A stretch of DNA of 22,676 nucleotides from Armatimonadota bacterium (GTDB lineage: Bacteria; Armatimonadota; Armatimonadia; Armatimonadales; Armatimonadaceae), in assembly GCA_043754515.1 (NCBI GenBank), contig JAYUUO010000287.1, positions 1 to 22,676 of the forward strand, read 5' to 3'. Below are positions 8,057-19,471 of the stretch, one piece after another. Position 1 is the stretch's first letter; every line of letters starts with the position of its first letter. The notes below the pieces were generated by a model, which had not been told where the DNA came from, made no database searches, and saw nothing but the letters and a program-made list of their open reading frames with translations. Both the position numbers and the translations under genes were made by a program.

Positions 8057-8956
8057 ATGATACAGCACGAGGAAAAAAGCGGGGACTACGGCGCGGCAAT
8101 ACGCGGCGACGAGCAGACGGTCGCCTGGGCGAACCAAACGGATCTCGGTGGCACCGACGCGGGGCACCACACGGCACCGTCCATGAATAAGGTAGCGTTG
8201 GCGTTCGGCGGCGTGCTCGTGATCGCCCTCGTGTTCCTCTGTTTTCGGCTCGCCTACGACGGGATCAAGACCGGGGTCGAGCGCAACGGGCTGGCCGCGA
8301 ACGCGCCCACGGTACGTGCCGCGCCCGCCTACGCCGCGCCCCGCGCGAGCGTCACGGGACGTCCTGCCCCGGTTGCCGCCGCGCCAGTGTCCATCTCCGC
8401 GCCAGTGTCCCTCTCCGCGCCGTCCATGGTCCCGCCGCGCCCGATCGCCCCCCGCGTAGTGTTCGCGTCCGACGCCGACCGCGAACATATCACCGATCTG
8501 CTCGGCGACTGCCGCGCCGCCTACGAGGCATCGGGGGAAGCCTCAAGGAAGTGGTATGCCGCCAATACGACCCGGACGGCGGCGCGCATGAGCCATAAAG
8601 AGGCGGTGGAGAGCGACAGCGGCGTTGACGGCCCCCATCTGCTCTCCGCCTCCGAGTGGGATTCGATTGACACGCAGGTCGAGGGTTTTTCCACGACTGT
8701 CGGACTCGCCACCCAACCGGCGCGCTACCCTGTCGCCCTGCAAGGCATCAGCATCGGGTTGCGCCGTGAGATGCACACCTACCTGCAAACGACCCGCACG
8801 GCACTGGCTCAGACCGACCCGCAACGACGTGCCGCCATCCAGGCCCGCGCGGAGACACACCGGCAGAAGGCAGGCCAACTGCTTGCAACGCTCGAAGCGG
8901 CGGTGAAATCGGGCACGCCGCCCCCAACCGGGACCGGCAACGACGCCGAACAATAA
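8057..8956 (+). CDS. Hypothetical single-pass membrane protein with Pro/Ala linker and helical C-terminal domain
   Basis: TM segment VALAFGGVLVIALVFLCF, PA-rich linker, amphipathic helices. ATG at 8057 after AGGGGA. Confidence 0.7.
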   Translation: MIQHEEKSGDYGAAIRGDEQTVAWANQTDLGGTDAGHHTAPSMNKVALAFGGVLVIALVFLCFRLAYDGIKTGVERNGLAANAPTVRAAPAYAAPRASVTGRPAPVAAAPVSISAPVSLSAPSMVPPRPIAPRVVFASDADREHITDLLGDCRAAYEASGEASRKWYAANTTRTAARMSHKEAVESDSGVDGPHLLSASEWDSIDTQVEGFSTTVGLATQPARYPVALQGISIGLRREMHTYLQTTRTALAQTDPQRRAAIQARAETHRQKAGQLLATLEAAVKSGTPPPTGTGNDAEQ

Positions 8957-8991
8957 CGCCCGCGCCACGACCGGTGCCCCCGAGCCACCGT

Positions 8992-10044
8992 CTACCTGGT
9001 TTCGGCACTCATCACGCGTCGGCGGCGAGACGCAATAGCCGCGACCGGCAAAACGACGCAAGTCAGCAACAAGCCAGTTCCTGACTCCGGTACGGCGGCG
9101 GTGGGGTTGAAGCGGATCGTGGTAGGTGCGGTTACCCCGCCTCCCGCGTCAAATAGGCGCGTGCTCAGCGCGTCGCCGTTTCGTAACGTGCCGGATAGAT
9201 CCCAGTAGAAGCCGCCGCTCCCGCCGAACGTACCTGCTGTTGGGTTGCTAAATTGCAGGTTATTGCCGTAGAAGTTGATCACGGCCGTTTGTGACTGGGC
9301 ATACACCGTATTCGGGCTGATGCGTCCTCCGTAAACATCCACCACCCCCGCGTTCGTGACCCGTAGATCACCGATGTCGCCCCCAGTGACAGAAATATGC
9401 GTGTTGTCATAGGCATACATGTGAAGAGTGGTGGCGGTGCCTCCGTAGGTGATCTCCGAGTTACCGAACCCGATGACGGCGTTCGCGAAAGAGCCTCCAG
9501 AGATGTTGAGAATGCCGTAGTTCGACGATTGGGCACCGTTATTAAAGCTCCCTCCGAGCACGTTGGCCGTGGCGCGTTTACCGCCGGGCAGGGTGGGTAC
9601 CGCGCTGGAGACGGCGATCTGCGTCGTACTCGTCCCCCCCATGAGTGTCAACAGGGCGCGATCACTGACATTGATTCCGTTGTTGATCAAGCCACCCGTC
9701 ACCGTGACCGTACTATTCTCCTGGGCATACAGTTGCTCGATGTAGGTACCCGAGGTCACCGACACGACGCTGTCGGACAAAGATTCCAGATTCCAAGAGT
9801 CGTGGGCACCTACCAGGTCGGCATGGACTCCGGCGAACCGATTGTTAGCGGCGTCACGCCCGACATAGACACCAAAGTCGGTGGAGGTGATCGGGTTGCC
9901 TCCCGCGACCGTGCGGTCGGCGGCAACATATAATCCGGCGTGGGCGGCGGGGGCGGATAGCAAGGCAAGTGCCCCCGATAAACAGAACAAAGCGGACACT
10001 CCGGCGAAGGTGGCCGCGGATGAATACTTACGAAGAAACGTCAT
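8992..10044 (-). CDS. PEP-CTERM surface protein with Gly-rich beta-helix-like repeats
   Basis: Signal peptide ending AAHA; repeated V/I-x-V/I-x-GG units; C-terminal AVPESGT + hydrophobic helix + RRRR. Confidence 0.85.
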   Translation of the reverse strand: MTFLRKYSSAATFAGVSALFCLSGALALLSAPAAHAGLYVAADRTVAGGNPITSTDFGVYVGRDAANNRFAGVHADLVGAHDSWNLESLSDSVVSVTSGTYIEQLYAQENSTVTVTGGLINNGINVSDRALLTLMGGTSTTQIAVSSAVPTLPGGKRATANVLGGSFNNGAQSSNYGILNISGGSFANAVIGFGNSEITYGGTATTLHMYAYDNTHISVTGGDIGDLRVTNAGVVDVYGGRISPNTVYAQSQTAVINFYGNNLQFSNPTAGTFGGSGGFYWDLSGTLRNGDALSTRLFDAGGGVTAPTTIRFNPTAAVPESGTGLLLTCVVLPVAAIASRRRRVMSAETR

Positions 10045-10230
10045 GACATGCAGATCCTTTCAGGTCACGGTTTACGAGCCATGACGGTTGTGAGTATAAG
10101 GATGGCGCGTGAGCCAAACGTGAGGCAATGTGGCTCCGGGTCGGCGGGACGAAAAGCACCGGAGCCGCGTACTGAGCAGAAGCACGGCGTTAAGAGCAGG
10201 CACCGTGTCAGGAAGGTAAGCGACGGGAGG

Positions 10231-11514
10231 CTACGCGGCGAGTCGCAGTCCGGGCGTCGCGGTTGCCATGCCGCCCGTCACGGATCGCTCGGCGACCATT
10301 TCGGCGGTGATGACACACTCGTCCCAACGCTCTGACGGCGCATCGTACATCAGGTCGAGCAATAACTCCTCGAGTATGGCCCGCAACGCGCGCGCCCCGG
10401 CACCGCGCCGCAGTGCCTCCCGCGCGACGGCGGTCAGGGCCTCATCTGTGAACGACAGGGCGATCCCGTCCATCTCCAAATACTTGCGGAACTGTTTTAC
10501 TAAGGCGTTTTTCGGCTCGGTCAGGATGCGTACTAGAGCCTCCTCGTCTAGAGCGTCGAGCGTCGCGATCACCGGCAACCGCCCGACGAACTCGGGTATC
10601 AGCCCGAACTTGCTCAGGTCTTCGGCGGTCAGTTGTTCGAGCGCGGTCGCGGCGCGTCCCGCCCGGTTCTCGCTCGTCAGCCGACTGGTTATCTTCGCGC
10701 GGAATCCGATCTCCTGCCGCCCGACGCGCCGCTCGATGATCTCCGTCAGCCCGCCGAACGCGCCGCCGCAAATGAACAGCACGTCGGACGTGTCGAACGG
10801 GATGGTCTCGCCGTGCGGGTGTTTGCGCCCGCCCTGCGGGGGGACGTGGGCCACGGTGCCTTCCATAATCTTGAGTAGGGCCTGCTGAACCCCCTCGCCA
10901 GAAACGTCGCGGGTCAGAGACGGCGAATCGCTTTTGCGGGCGATTTTGTCAATCTCATCCACATAAACGATGCCGCGCTGGGCGTTCTGGAGCACGACGG
11001 GGAACGGGTCGCCGTTGTCCGCGACATGAATCAGGCGGAGCAGGATGCTCTCCACGTCTTCGCCGACGTAGCCTGCCTCGGTGAGGCTGGTCGCGTCCGC
11101 GATGGCAAACGGCACATTAAGGACGCGGGCGAGTGTCTGCGCGAGTAGCGTCTTACCGCTCCCAGTCGGCCCAACGAGCAGGATGTTCGACTTCTGTAGT
11201 TCGACATCAGTGCGGGGGGCATGGAGCCGCTTGGAATGGTTATAGATGGCGACCGACAGCACCCGCTTCGCCCTGTCCTGCCCGACGACATACTCGCCCA
11301 GGACCCGGTGGATGTCGCGGGGCCGGGGAATCGCGGCCACCGGCTGTTCCCACTCCCCGGTCTTCCCCTCGGTGCGGATGACATCGTTGCAAAGATCCAC
11401 GCAGTCGAGGCAGACGCCGCCGTGCAAGCCAAGGATCAGTTTACGCGCCTGCTCGCGGTTCTTGCCGCAGAGAACGCACCGGCTGTCGTTGCGATCATAC
11501 CCCCATCGTGCCAT
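10231..11514 (-). CDS. clpX: ATP-dependent Clp protease ATP-binding subunit ClpX
   Basis: C4 zinc-binding domain (CVLC...CLDC), Walker A GPTGSGKT, pore loop [27 protein letters not shown] loop, IGF loop, GARALR. Confidence 0.96.
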   Translation of the reverse strand: MARWGYDRNDSRCVLCGKNREQARKLILGLHGGVCLDCVDLCNDVIRTEGKTGEWEQPVAAIPRPRDIHRVLGEYVVGQDRAKRVLSVAIYNHSKRLHAPRTDVELQKSNILLVGPTGSGKTLLAQTLARVLNVPFAIADATSLTEAGYVGEDVESILLRLIHVADNGDPFPVVLQNAQRGIVYVDEIDKIARKSDSPSLTRDVSGEGVQQALLKIMEGTVAHVPPQGGRKHPHGETIPFDTSDVLFICGGAFGGLTEIIERRVGRQEIGFRAKITSRLTSENRAGRAATALEQLTAEDLSKFGLIPEFVGRLPVIATLDALDEEALVRILTEPKNALVKQFRKYLEMDGIALSFTDEALTAVAREALRRGAGARALRAILEELLLDLMYDAPSERWDECVITAEMVAERSVTGGMATATPGLRLAA

Positions 11515-11538
11515 CGCTCAGTCCTCCCGCCGCGCCGC

Positions 11539-12126
11539 TTAACGGCGGTCGCGCTTGATCACGGTGTCTACCACCCCGTACGCGACAGCCTCCTCCGCGC
11601 GCATGAAATAATCCCGGTCAATGTCGCGCTTGATACGCTCCATCTCCTGCCCGGTGTGCGTCTGAAGTATTCGGGCGAGTTCCTCGTTCATTTTGAGGAT
11701 CTCGCGCGCTTGTATGTCAATGTCAATCGCGGTACCCTGAAACCCGGCGGACACTTGGTGTATCATGATGCGTGAATGCGGGAGCGAATAGCGTTTGCCT
11801 TTGGTGCCGCTCGCGAGGAGCACCGCGCCCATGGAGGCCGCCATACCGACGCAGATGGTGGAAACGTCGCACTTGATCAGCCGCATGGTGTCGTAGATCG
11901 CCAGGCCCGCCGTCACCGAGCCGCCGGGCGAATTGATGTACAGGTCAATATCCCGGTCGGGATCGTCTTTCTCCAGGAAAAGAAGTTCGGCGATGATCAA
12001 ATTCGCGATCTGGTCGTTGATCGGGGTGCCTAGAAAAATGATTCGGTCCTTAAGTAGCCGGGAATAAATATCGTAGGAACGCTCGCCGCGCGCGTCCTGT
12101 TCCACGACGTAGGGAATTAAACTCAT
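11539..12126 (-). CDS. clpP: ATP-dependent Clp protease proteolytic subunit
   Basis: Motifs [18 protein letters not shown] and YINSPGG; catalytic Ser (AASMG), His (IMIHQ) and Asp (DRDYFM). Confidence 0.97.
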   Translation of the reverse strand: MSLIPYVVEQDARGERSYDIYSRLLKDRIIFLGTPINDQIANLIIAELLFLEKDDPDRDIDLYINSPGGSVTAGLAIYDTMRLIKCDVSTICVGMAASMGAVLLASGTKGKRYSLPHSRIMIHQVSAGFQGTAIDIDIQAREILKMNEELARILQTHTGQEMERIKRDIDRDYFMRAEEAVAYGVVDTVIKRDRR

Positions 12127-12310
12127 ATCGGTTGCTGTTTTTCCTCGGATCTGTGCTTGTTACAGGGTAGTATGGTACGCCAATATCGCCCCGCGCGCCA
12201 AAAGGAACCGTTCCGCCTGGCGCATCGCATGCGCGAGAACATCACGGGATGGGCGCGAGTGGCCACGACCGGGGGGTGCCCCCCGATATTTGTAGCAACC
12301 ATCACACACC

Positions 12311-13915
12311 ATGTTGCCTAACTTCCCGTCGCCCGACAAGCCTGTTCTCTCCGCCGAAGAGCACGTGGCGTTGTCAGCGTTCCTACTGGAGAATACGGCG
12401 GAGCAGGGGGTCGCGGCGTTCGAGGTCGCGCGTGACGACTGGCGATGCACCTACTTATCCGAGCAGGCGCGCGTCCTCCTCGGCGGCGACCGTGATACGG
12501 AAGGGCCGCCTTACCTTCCGGAACTGATCGGCGCACTCTCGGGTCGCTCCGAAGTGACGAGGGCCACCCTCTTGCTCCCGCTCCCCGACTCCTGCCTTGA
12601 GGTGACCGGCTCTTACAAGCCGGACGCGGCGGTCGGCTTCGCCGCCGATAAGGACAAGCCGAAGATATACTACGTCCTCCTGCGCCGGACGGGCGGGAGC
12701 GAGGCCCGTCTGCGCGAGGAGCGGGACCGGCTCGAGCGCGCTCTCGCCGCGACTGGTCAAGCTGTCTGGGACTGGGATCTGGAGAGCGGCGAGGCGTATG
12801 TGTCGCCGCGCTGGGCGCAGATACTCGGCAGGACGGGCGGCGGCTCGCGCGCGGACGCGCTCTACTCGCCGGAAGACTGGCTGGAGTCGGTACACCCGGA
12901 CGATCGCGAGCCGGTCGCCGAAGCCTACGCGCAGTTCATCGTCGGCGAGCGGATGGAGTACGATATTGAGTTCCGTATCCGGCACGAGGGTGGCGGGTAC
13001 CTGTGGATACGCTCGCGGGCCAGCGCGTTGCGGCGTGACGATAACACCGCGTGGCGCGTGACCGGGGCGCACAGCGACATCACGGACCGCAAGGAGCTAG
13101 AATCCGCGAAGGAAGTGCTCCTCCATCAGCAAAGTCGGATTGCGGAAACGTTGCAACGCGTGCTACTCCCGCTACCCGGTGGCACGAACTACCCCGGCCT
13201 GGAAGCCGCGCTTCTGTACGAGCCGGCGAGCGACGAGGCGCAGGTCGGCGGCGACTTCTGCGACGCGTTCCCGATCAGCGACCGCGAGATCGCGCTGGTC
13301 GTCGGGGATGTACTGGGGAAGGGTCTGAGCGCGGCGGTCGCCACGGCGGAACTGAAGTTCTCCCTACGCACTCTGCTCCGGCAGTACCGCGACCCCGCCG
13401 TGTCGCTCCGCCTGTTGAACCGGCTGTTGTGGGAATCGTACCGGGGCGAGCGCGGACAGAACCCACCGCTGGTGCCCATAGCGGTGGTGGTCGTCAATGT
13501 ACGGACCCGCTACCTCCGAGCCGCCGTGGCGGGCGCGGAGGCACCGATGATCCTACGGGGGAGCGGATCGGGCACTGCCGCGAGCACCGAGGAGATACAG
13601 TGCGGAGGGTTGATGATCGGCACGTTGCCAGACGAGGACTACGAGCGGCAGATCCTGCCGATGGGTAGCGACGACTGCCTCTTGATGACCACGGACGGCC
13701 TGACCGAGGTGCGCGACGCCTGGACGGGGTCGTTCCTCGGCTCTAGAGGCGTGGCGCGGCTGGCGCACGACGCGCTGTCGTCGCGTCGCCCTCTGGAGGA
13801 AGTTAAGGGCGCCATCGTGCGGAGCGTGCGCAACTACGGGGGCGGCAAGGGTGCCCTGCGCGACGACGTGACGATGATCCTCGCCCGCTGGCAGGCGGAG
13901 CCGGGGCGGAAGTAG
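12311..13915 (+). CDS. PAS/PAC-domain SpoIIE/RsbU-family PP2C phosphatase
   Basis: PAS_3-type WDWDL...VHPDDRE...WIRSR...DITDRK; PP2C motifs GGDFCD, GDVLGKG, TDGLTE, DDVT. A degenerate PAS may be present at the N-terminus. Confidence 0.9.
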   Translation: MLPNFPSPDKPVLSAEEHVALSAFLLENTAEQGVAAFEVARDDWRCTYLSEQARVLLGGDRDTEGPPYLPELIGALSGRSEVTRATLLLPLPDSCLEVTGSYKPDAAVGFAADKDKPKIYYVLLRRTGGSEARLREERDRLERALAATGQAVWDWDLESGEAYVSPRWAQILGRTGGGSRADALYSPEDWLESVHPDDREPVAEAYAQFIVGERMEYDIEFRIRHEGGGYLWIRSRASALRRDDNTAWRVTGAHSDITDRKELESAKEVLLHQQSRIAETLQRVLLPLPGGTNYPGLEAALLYEPASDEAQVGGDFCDAFPISDREIALVVGDVLGKGLSAAVATAELKFSLRTLLRQYRDPAVSLRLLNRLLWESYRGERGQNPPLVPIAVVVVNVRTRYLRAAVAGAEAPMILRGSGSGTAASTEEIQCGGLMIGTLPDEDYERQILPMGSDDCLLMTTDGLTEVRDAWTGSFLGSRGVARLAHDALSSRRPLEEVKGAIVRSVRNYGGGKGALRDDVTMILARWQAEPGRK

Positions 13916-13973
13916 CCCGCTTCTATCGGATCGCCGCCGCGCGGCGATAAAGACGAAGAAGGAGTAACAAAAT

Positions 13974-14321
13974 ATGAACGCAATTTCCGTGATCGCGCCG
14001 TATGAGTGGATGGGTATGTGGGTCTTTGACGACCCGGTGAAAGGGTTGAACCGCGAGCCGTTCGTCGGCGGCACGGATATTATCATCAGCCAGATGGTCC
14101 GGCACTTGCCGGACCCCGGCACGGGGTTCCGAATGATGTTCAGCGGGACTGAGTTCCCCGGCTACCAGCACCGCCTCAATGGGGTGCGCGCGGAGTCAAG
14201 CGGCAACGTCTATCGCGCCGCCGATTTCGGGCTGGAGGGCTGGCTCTGCCCCGCCCTGCTCAAGTATTTTGGGGAGCCGCCCGCGCGTACACACGTGCGG
14301 GTTGAGGCGAAACCCGCCTGA
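13974..14321 (+). CDS. DUF6717-like conserved hypothetical protein
   Basis: Motifs WVFDD...GL.REPFV.G.D and GWLCPALLKYF; strong AAGGAG RBS. Confidence 0.75.
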   Translation: MNAISVIAPYEWMGMWVFDDPVKGLNREPFVGGTDIIISQMVRHLPDPGTGFRMMFSGTEFPGYQHRLNGVRAESSGNVYRAADFGLEGWLCPALLKYFGEPPARTHVRVEAKPA

Positions 14322-14334
14322 TCGCGTCCCCGCT

Positions 14335-14369
14335 GGGCGGCTGGGCGTGGCGGGCGTGGCGGGCGTGGT
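14335..14369 (+). repeat. Short tandem repeat (GGGCGTGGC x~3) forming a G3-N5/6 x4 G-quadruplex motif
   Basis: G3 tracts at 14335, 14343, 14352 and 14361. Confidence 0.6.
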
Positions 14370-14385
14370 AGTGTCACCCCCGCCG

Positions 14386-14394
14386 TGATACAAT
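14386..14394 (+). promoter_or_regulatory. Extended -10 promoter candidate for typA
   Basis: TG-A-TACAAT about 108 nt upstream of the typA ATG. Confidence 0.5.
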
Positions 14395-14411
14395 ACGGGC
14401 GGTAATTTTCC

Positions 14412-14452
14412 GACCCGCGCCGAAGAAGGAACTTCGCTCGGCGCGGGTCTTT
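14412..14452 (+). terminator. GC-rich hairpin with short U tract (terminator or typA leader structure)
   Basis: GACCCGCGCCGA / TCGGCGCGGGTC perfect 12-bp stem, then TTTC. Confidence 0.55.
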
Positions 14453-14501
14453 CGTCGCGTCAACGATTGTTGACTTTGATACATTTTAACAGGCTTTCAT
14501 T

Positions 14502-16328
<1,827 letters not shown>

Positions 16329-16354
16329 ACGCCGCGAAACGGCTACATAGAACG

Positions 16355-16386
16355 AAACCCGGCTGGTGTCAGTCGGGTTTTTCTTT
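16355..16386 (+). terminator. Intrinsic terminator of typA
   Basis: AAACCCGGCTG-GTGT-CAGTCGGGTTT followed by TTCTTT. Confidence 0.8.
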
Positions 16387-16441
16387 AGATCCTCTACTCG
16401 CGGCGACGCATTATTCCCTGAGGGTGTCTCGCGCCTTTCGC

Positions 16442-17539
16442 TCATGGCATCCCTTCTATAGGAAGAAAAGTCCCTCTGTCGTCGACATAGAACACGAAAC
16501 TCGCGCTCGTCCCCTCATCTGGGTTCGTGACGAGCACCGGAACGCTCCCCGCCGTGGCGATGTCGCTTGCGAGGATCGGCGCGGACAATTGCGTGGCCGA
16601 CAGGAACATGGTCTGCCGGTCGGTGCCCCCGAACTTGATCACCGCGCCGTTCTTGAAGTCTGTGCCGCCCACCGTCAGCGTGAACCCCGCCCCGCCTGCC
16701 GCTGCGGAAGCCGGACTCAGGTTGATGATGGCCGGCGTGGTCGTGGTCGGCACCACGAATGTCACCCCGTACTGAGCCGTCAACTCGTCGCGCAACTTTT
16801 GCTTGTCGCTTTTCGTGCCGTCCGGGTAGGTGTTACCGCCGATCTCATCCTCGGGGTCGGTTCCGTCCGTGTTGAAACGCCCCAAATTATAGTTCTCAGC
16901 TATGTAGGTGCCATCCGCTAACCGTCGGACGAACACTACGTACGACGCACCCTGCTTCATCTCGTAACAATTCTCTTTGACGGTCTTGTAGAACTGAGAC
17001 GAACTATTCTGGAGCAACCCGACCATCTCGACGAGCGGCACGGTCTGCCCCGCCGCGATGGTAGCACCCGACTTGAGATACTTCACCTGATCTACCGCGA
17101 ACGTCCCCCGCGTCCACTCGCTCTGGGGATATGTGTTTGGGTCCCGGTCAAGCACCTCCCTGTCGAAGTAGGTGGCGAAGTGCGTCCGCTCATTCACGAA
17201 CTCCTGCAACGGCCTGCCGACGATGATCGCATCCCACTCCTGGGCTCTGGATATTGTCTTTCTGTAGAACATTTCGGCCTGCTGATTTATAGTCTTGATC
17301 TTCCCCGGATCGAGATGCGCGGGTATCTTGATTTGAGCCGCCCTCTTGAGTAAAGTCAACTCTTTGGCGGAACCCTTCCGCGCCCCTCCATGCTCCCGCG
17401 CGGATGTGGCGGGGGAAGTCGCCTTCGCAATCTCCGCTGCCTTCGCGGATGCCGTTGGCCGCGAACGGGTGAGATACGCCGCTCCGAGCGTCCCCCCGAC
17501 CAGCACAGATGCTACAAGGGCGATAAGTTTTTTTGACAT
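16442..17539 (-). CDS. Secreted/membrane-anchored 'partner' protein, paralog 1, with C-terminal IPT/TIG-like Ig domain
   Basis: N-terminal hydrophobic segment. Core shared with paralogs 2 and 3 (IVG.P.Q.FV, ENC.E.KQ, GRFNTDGTD.EDE). IPT-like INLSPAS...FTLTVGGTDF...VTNPD. Starts 3 nt after the protease stop. Confidence 0.85.
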   Translation of the reverse strand: MSKKLIALVASVLVGGTLGAAYLTRSRPTASAKAAEIAKATSPATSAREHGGARKGSAKELTLLKRAAQIKIPAHLDPGKIKTINQQAEMFYRKTISRAQEWDAIIVGRPLQEFVNERTHFATYFDREVLDRDPNTYPQSEWTRGTFAVDQVKYLKSGATIAAGQTVPLVEMVGLLQNSSSQFYKTVKENCYEMKQGASYVVFVRRLADGTYIAENYNLGRFNTDGTDPEDEIGGNTYPDGTKSDKQKLRDELTAQYGVTFVVPTTTTPAIINLSPASAAAGGAGFTLTVGGTDFKNGAVIKFGGTDRQTMFLSATQLSAPILASDIATAGSVPVLVTNPDEGTSASFVFYVDDRGTFLPIEGMP

Positions 17540-17542
17540 GGT

Positions 17543-18220
17543 TTATTGCCCCCACTTCGCGATGAGTTCGTTCACATCATAGGCTTGTAGGCCATCCAGC
17601 ACAAACCCATCGGGGAACTCAGCTTGTTGCTCCATGATAGAACGCCTTCCCGCGCCTAGCGGCTTATCATCGCGGAACGTTCCCTGACCCTTCTTGGGGT
17701 GGGCGAACTTCAGGCTGTGCCCGATCTCATGCGTCGCTATTTTTGTTTGTAGGCGCATCTCGAAGTCCGCGTCGCCACCAGCCGCAGCCTGAATATTCCC
17801 CGGGTACATCGCGATAGTACATACATACCAGTTTAAATCGTGATCTAGCGTCCTTGTAAGATTGTTACTGCTTGTACCCGTATAATAGCAGGTCAGGGCA
17901 CCCATCGTGTTGTCTAGTGTCTCGCCGACGAAAAATTTGTCCGTGCGGGGGAGCCAGCTGCTCCGCTCGAACATGCCTGCGCTGACTGTCGAGGACAGAC
18001 TCCCGTACCACGCCTGTATTCCCGCGCGGAACGCTTCGGGGTAGCCCGATCCGTACTCATAGACGGACCGCGCCAGGAAGTAACCGTTGCACGCGTTGCC
18101 GTTGCTACGTGTACCATTCCAACTGTCGGCTAACACCGACGTACCGTTCACCACGGCAAGGGCAACGGCAAGTGCCAGAGAGGCGACGGCGCGGGCGCGC
18201 CATTTGCTTGAGAAAACCAT
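17543..18220 (-). CDS. Secreted metzincin (matrixin-like) zinc metalloprotease, 225 aa
   Basis: HEIGHSLKFAH zinc motif, Met-turn RSIM, C-terminal YDVNELIAKW. Signal peptide from ATG at 18220 ending VLA-DSW; purine-rich GAAGGAAAGG upstream. Confidence 0.85.
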   Translation of the reverse strand: MVFSSKWRARAVASLALAVALAVVNGTSVLADSWNGTRSNGNACNGYFLARSVYEYGSGYPEAFRAGIQAWYGSLSSTVSAGMFERSSWLPRTDKFFVGETLDNTMGALTCYYTGTSSNNLTRTLDHDLNWYVCTIAMYPGNIQAAAGGDADFEMRLQTKIATHEIGHSLKFAHPKKGQGTFRDDKPLGAGRRSIMEQQAEFPDGFVLDGLQAYDVNELIAKWGQ

Positions 18221-18271
18221 AATCACGAGAACCTTTCCTTCGTTGTCGAAACACACGGGGGGCACGATTGC

Positions 18272-18302
18272 CCCGCTCGCCTTATACAATAAGGCGAGCG
18301 GG
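18272..18302. repeat. Perfect 14-bp inverted repeat upstream of the protease gene
   Basis: CCCGCTCGCCTTAT-ACA-ATAAGGCGAGCGGG. Confidence 0.8.
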
Positions 18303-18416
18303 CTTCTGTCAAGGTCGCTTCCCACGCATTTATACCGGTTTCCGCGCGGGTTGAGAGCGATCTCCATAGATCCACGACGAGACCGATCCGTTTGACTACC
18401 GGGCGGGCGTCGGGCT

Positions 18417-19470
18417 TCACGCTACCGTCCGGGCTACGGCACGTTCGTATTGGGCTGAGTAGCTGGAGGTCCGACCGCCCCCCGTGACGCGGACGCGGTA
18501 GCCCGCTTTGATGACGCGGGGGAGCGACATAGTGAGCAGCACCGGGCTGGTCGCGGTCCGCGCCTCGGCGGGCACGGCTTGCGTGCCGCCCACCGCCCAC
18601 GCCCCGTCACCCGCCTGCTTCTCGACCTGGACGGACGTGCCCGCCGGTTGCGGCACGGCGATGCTCACCCGGAGCGCGAGCGCGGCGGGCGTGGGCGGCG
18701 TTCCGGGGTTCGGCGCCGAAGGGCGGCGTGCCGACATTCGGCGCGACGAAGCCGTGCGACACAACGCCCGGGCCCGGCAGCGTGCCAAACGCCACGCCGT
18801 ACGCCGCGGTCAACTCCTCGCGCAGTGTTTGTTTTCTGGTCTTGGTCCCGTCGGTGTTTACACCGCCGGGGGCGTTCACCTCGTCCTCGGCGTCAGTACC
18901 GTCCGTGTTGAAACGGCCCTCGTTCAGGTTCACCAGCCAATAGACACCATCCCTGCTGTGACGGTCGAGCACCATAACGTAGCGCGAGTTCTGCTTTGTT
19001 TCTCGGCAATTATCTTCGACGGTTTTGATGATGTTACCGTTCTCCGTTACCAACCCGACCGGCTCCGCATATCGGATCGTTTGCCCGGCACTTATCGGGT
19101 CACCAGGTCGCGCATACAGCACCTGATCTACCACGAAACTGCCCTCGGACCAGGCCTCATTCAAGTAGCTCGCAGAATCCCTATCGAGGGGGTCGAATGG
19201 CTGGTTGAGTATAGTGTAGAGGTGAGATCTGTCAACGAAGCCCTGTGTAGGTCTGCCGACGACGATCGAGTTGTTATCCGCTTTGATAGCACTCAACGTC
19301 GAGAGGCTAAAGTATCTACAATCAGCGTGGGTAGTCTTAACCTTCGCCAGATCAGTCCCTCTAGGAACTGTCGTACGCTTAACCCCTGCCCGTCGTGACT
19401 GGCTTGGCGGGGAGCATGAGGTGGCGGCTATCAATATGGCTAGGGAGCACAGTTTTATAATCAGTTTCAT
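18417..19470 (-). pseudogene. Lipoprotein 'partner' paralog 2, frameshifted near 18717
   Basis: Lipobox-like IAATSC; paralog core to YGVAF. The reading frame drifts after FVAPNVGTPP, and a protein-like beta-rich C-terminus continues in another frame to the stop at 18417. Restoring 2 nt gives about 351 aa, similar to the paralogs. Confidence 0.75.
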
Positions 19471-19471
19471 C

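Noticed and set aside
18221..18367. Extended N-terminus of the protease ORF
   Set aside because: It runs through the palindrome and promoter region; the signal peptide and RBS fit the ATG at 18220.
18508..19398. 296-aa plus-strand ORF
   Set aside because: Antisense to paralog 2, which has clear paralogy support.
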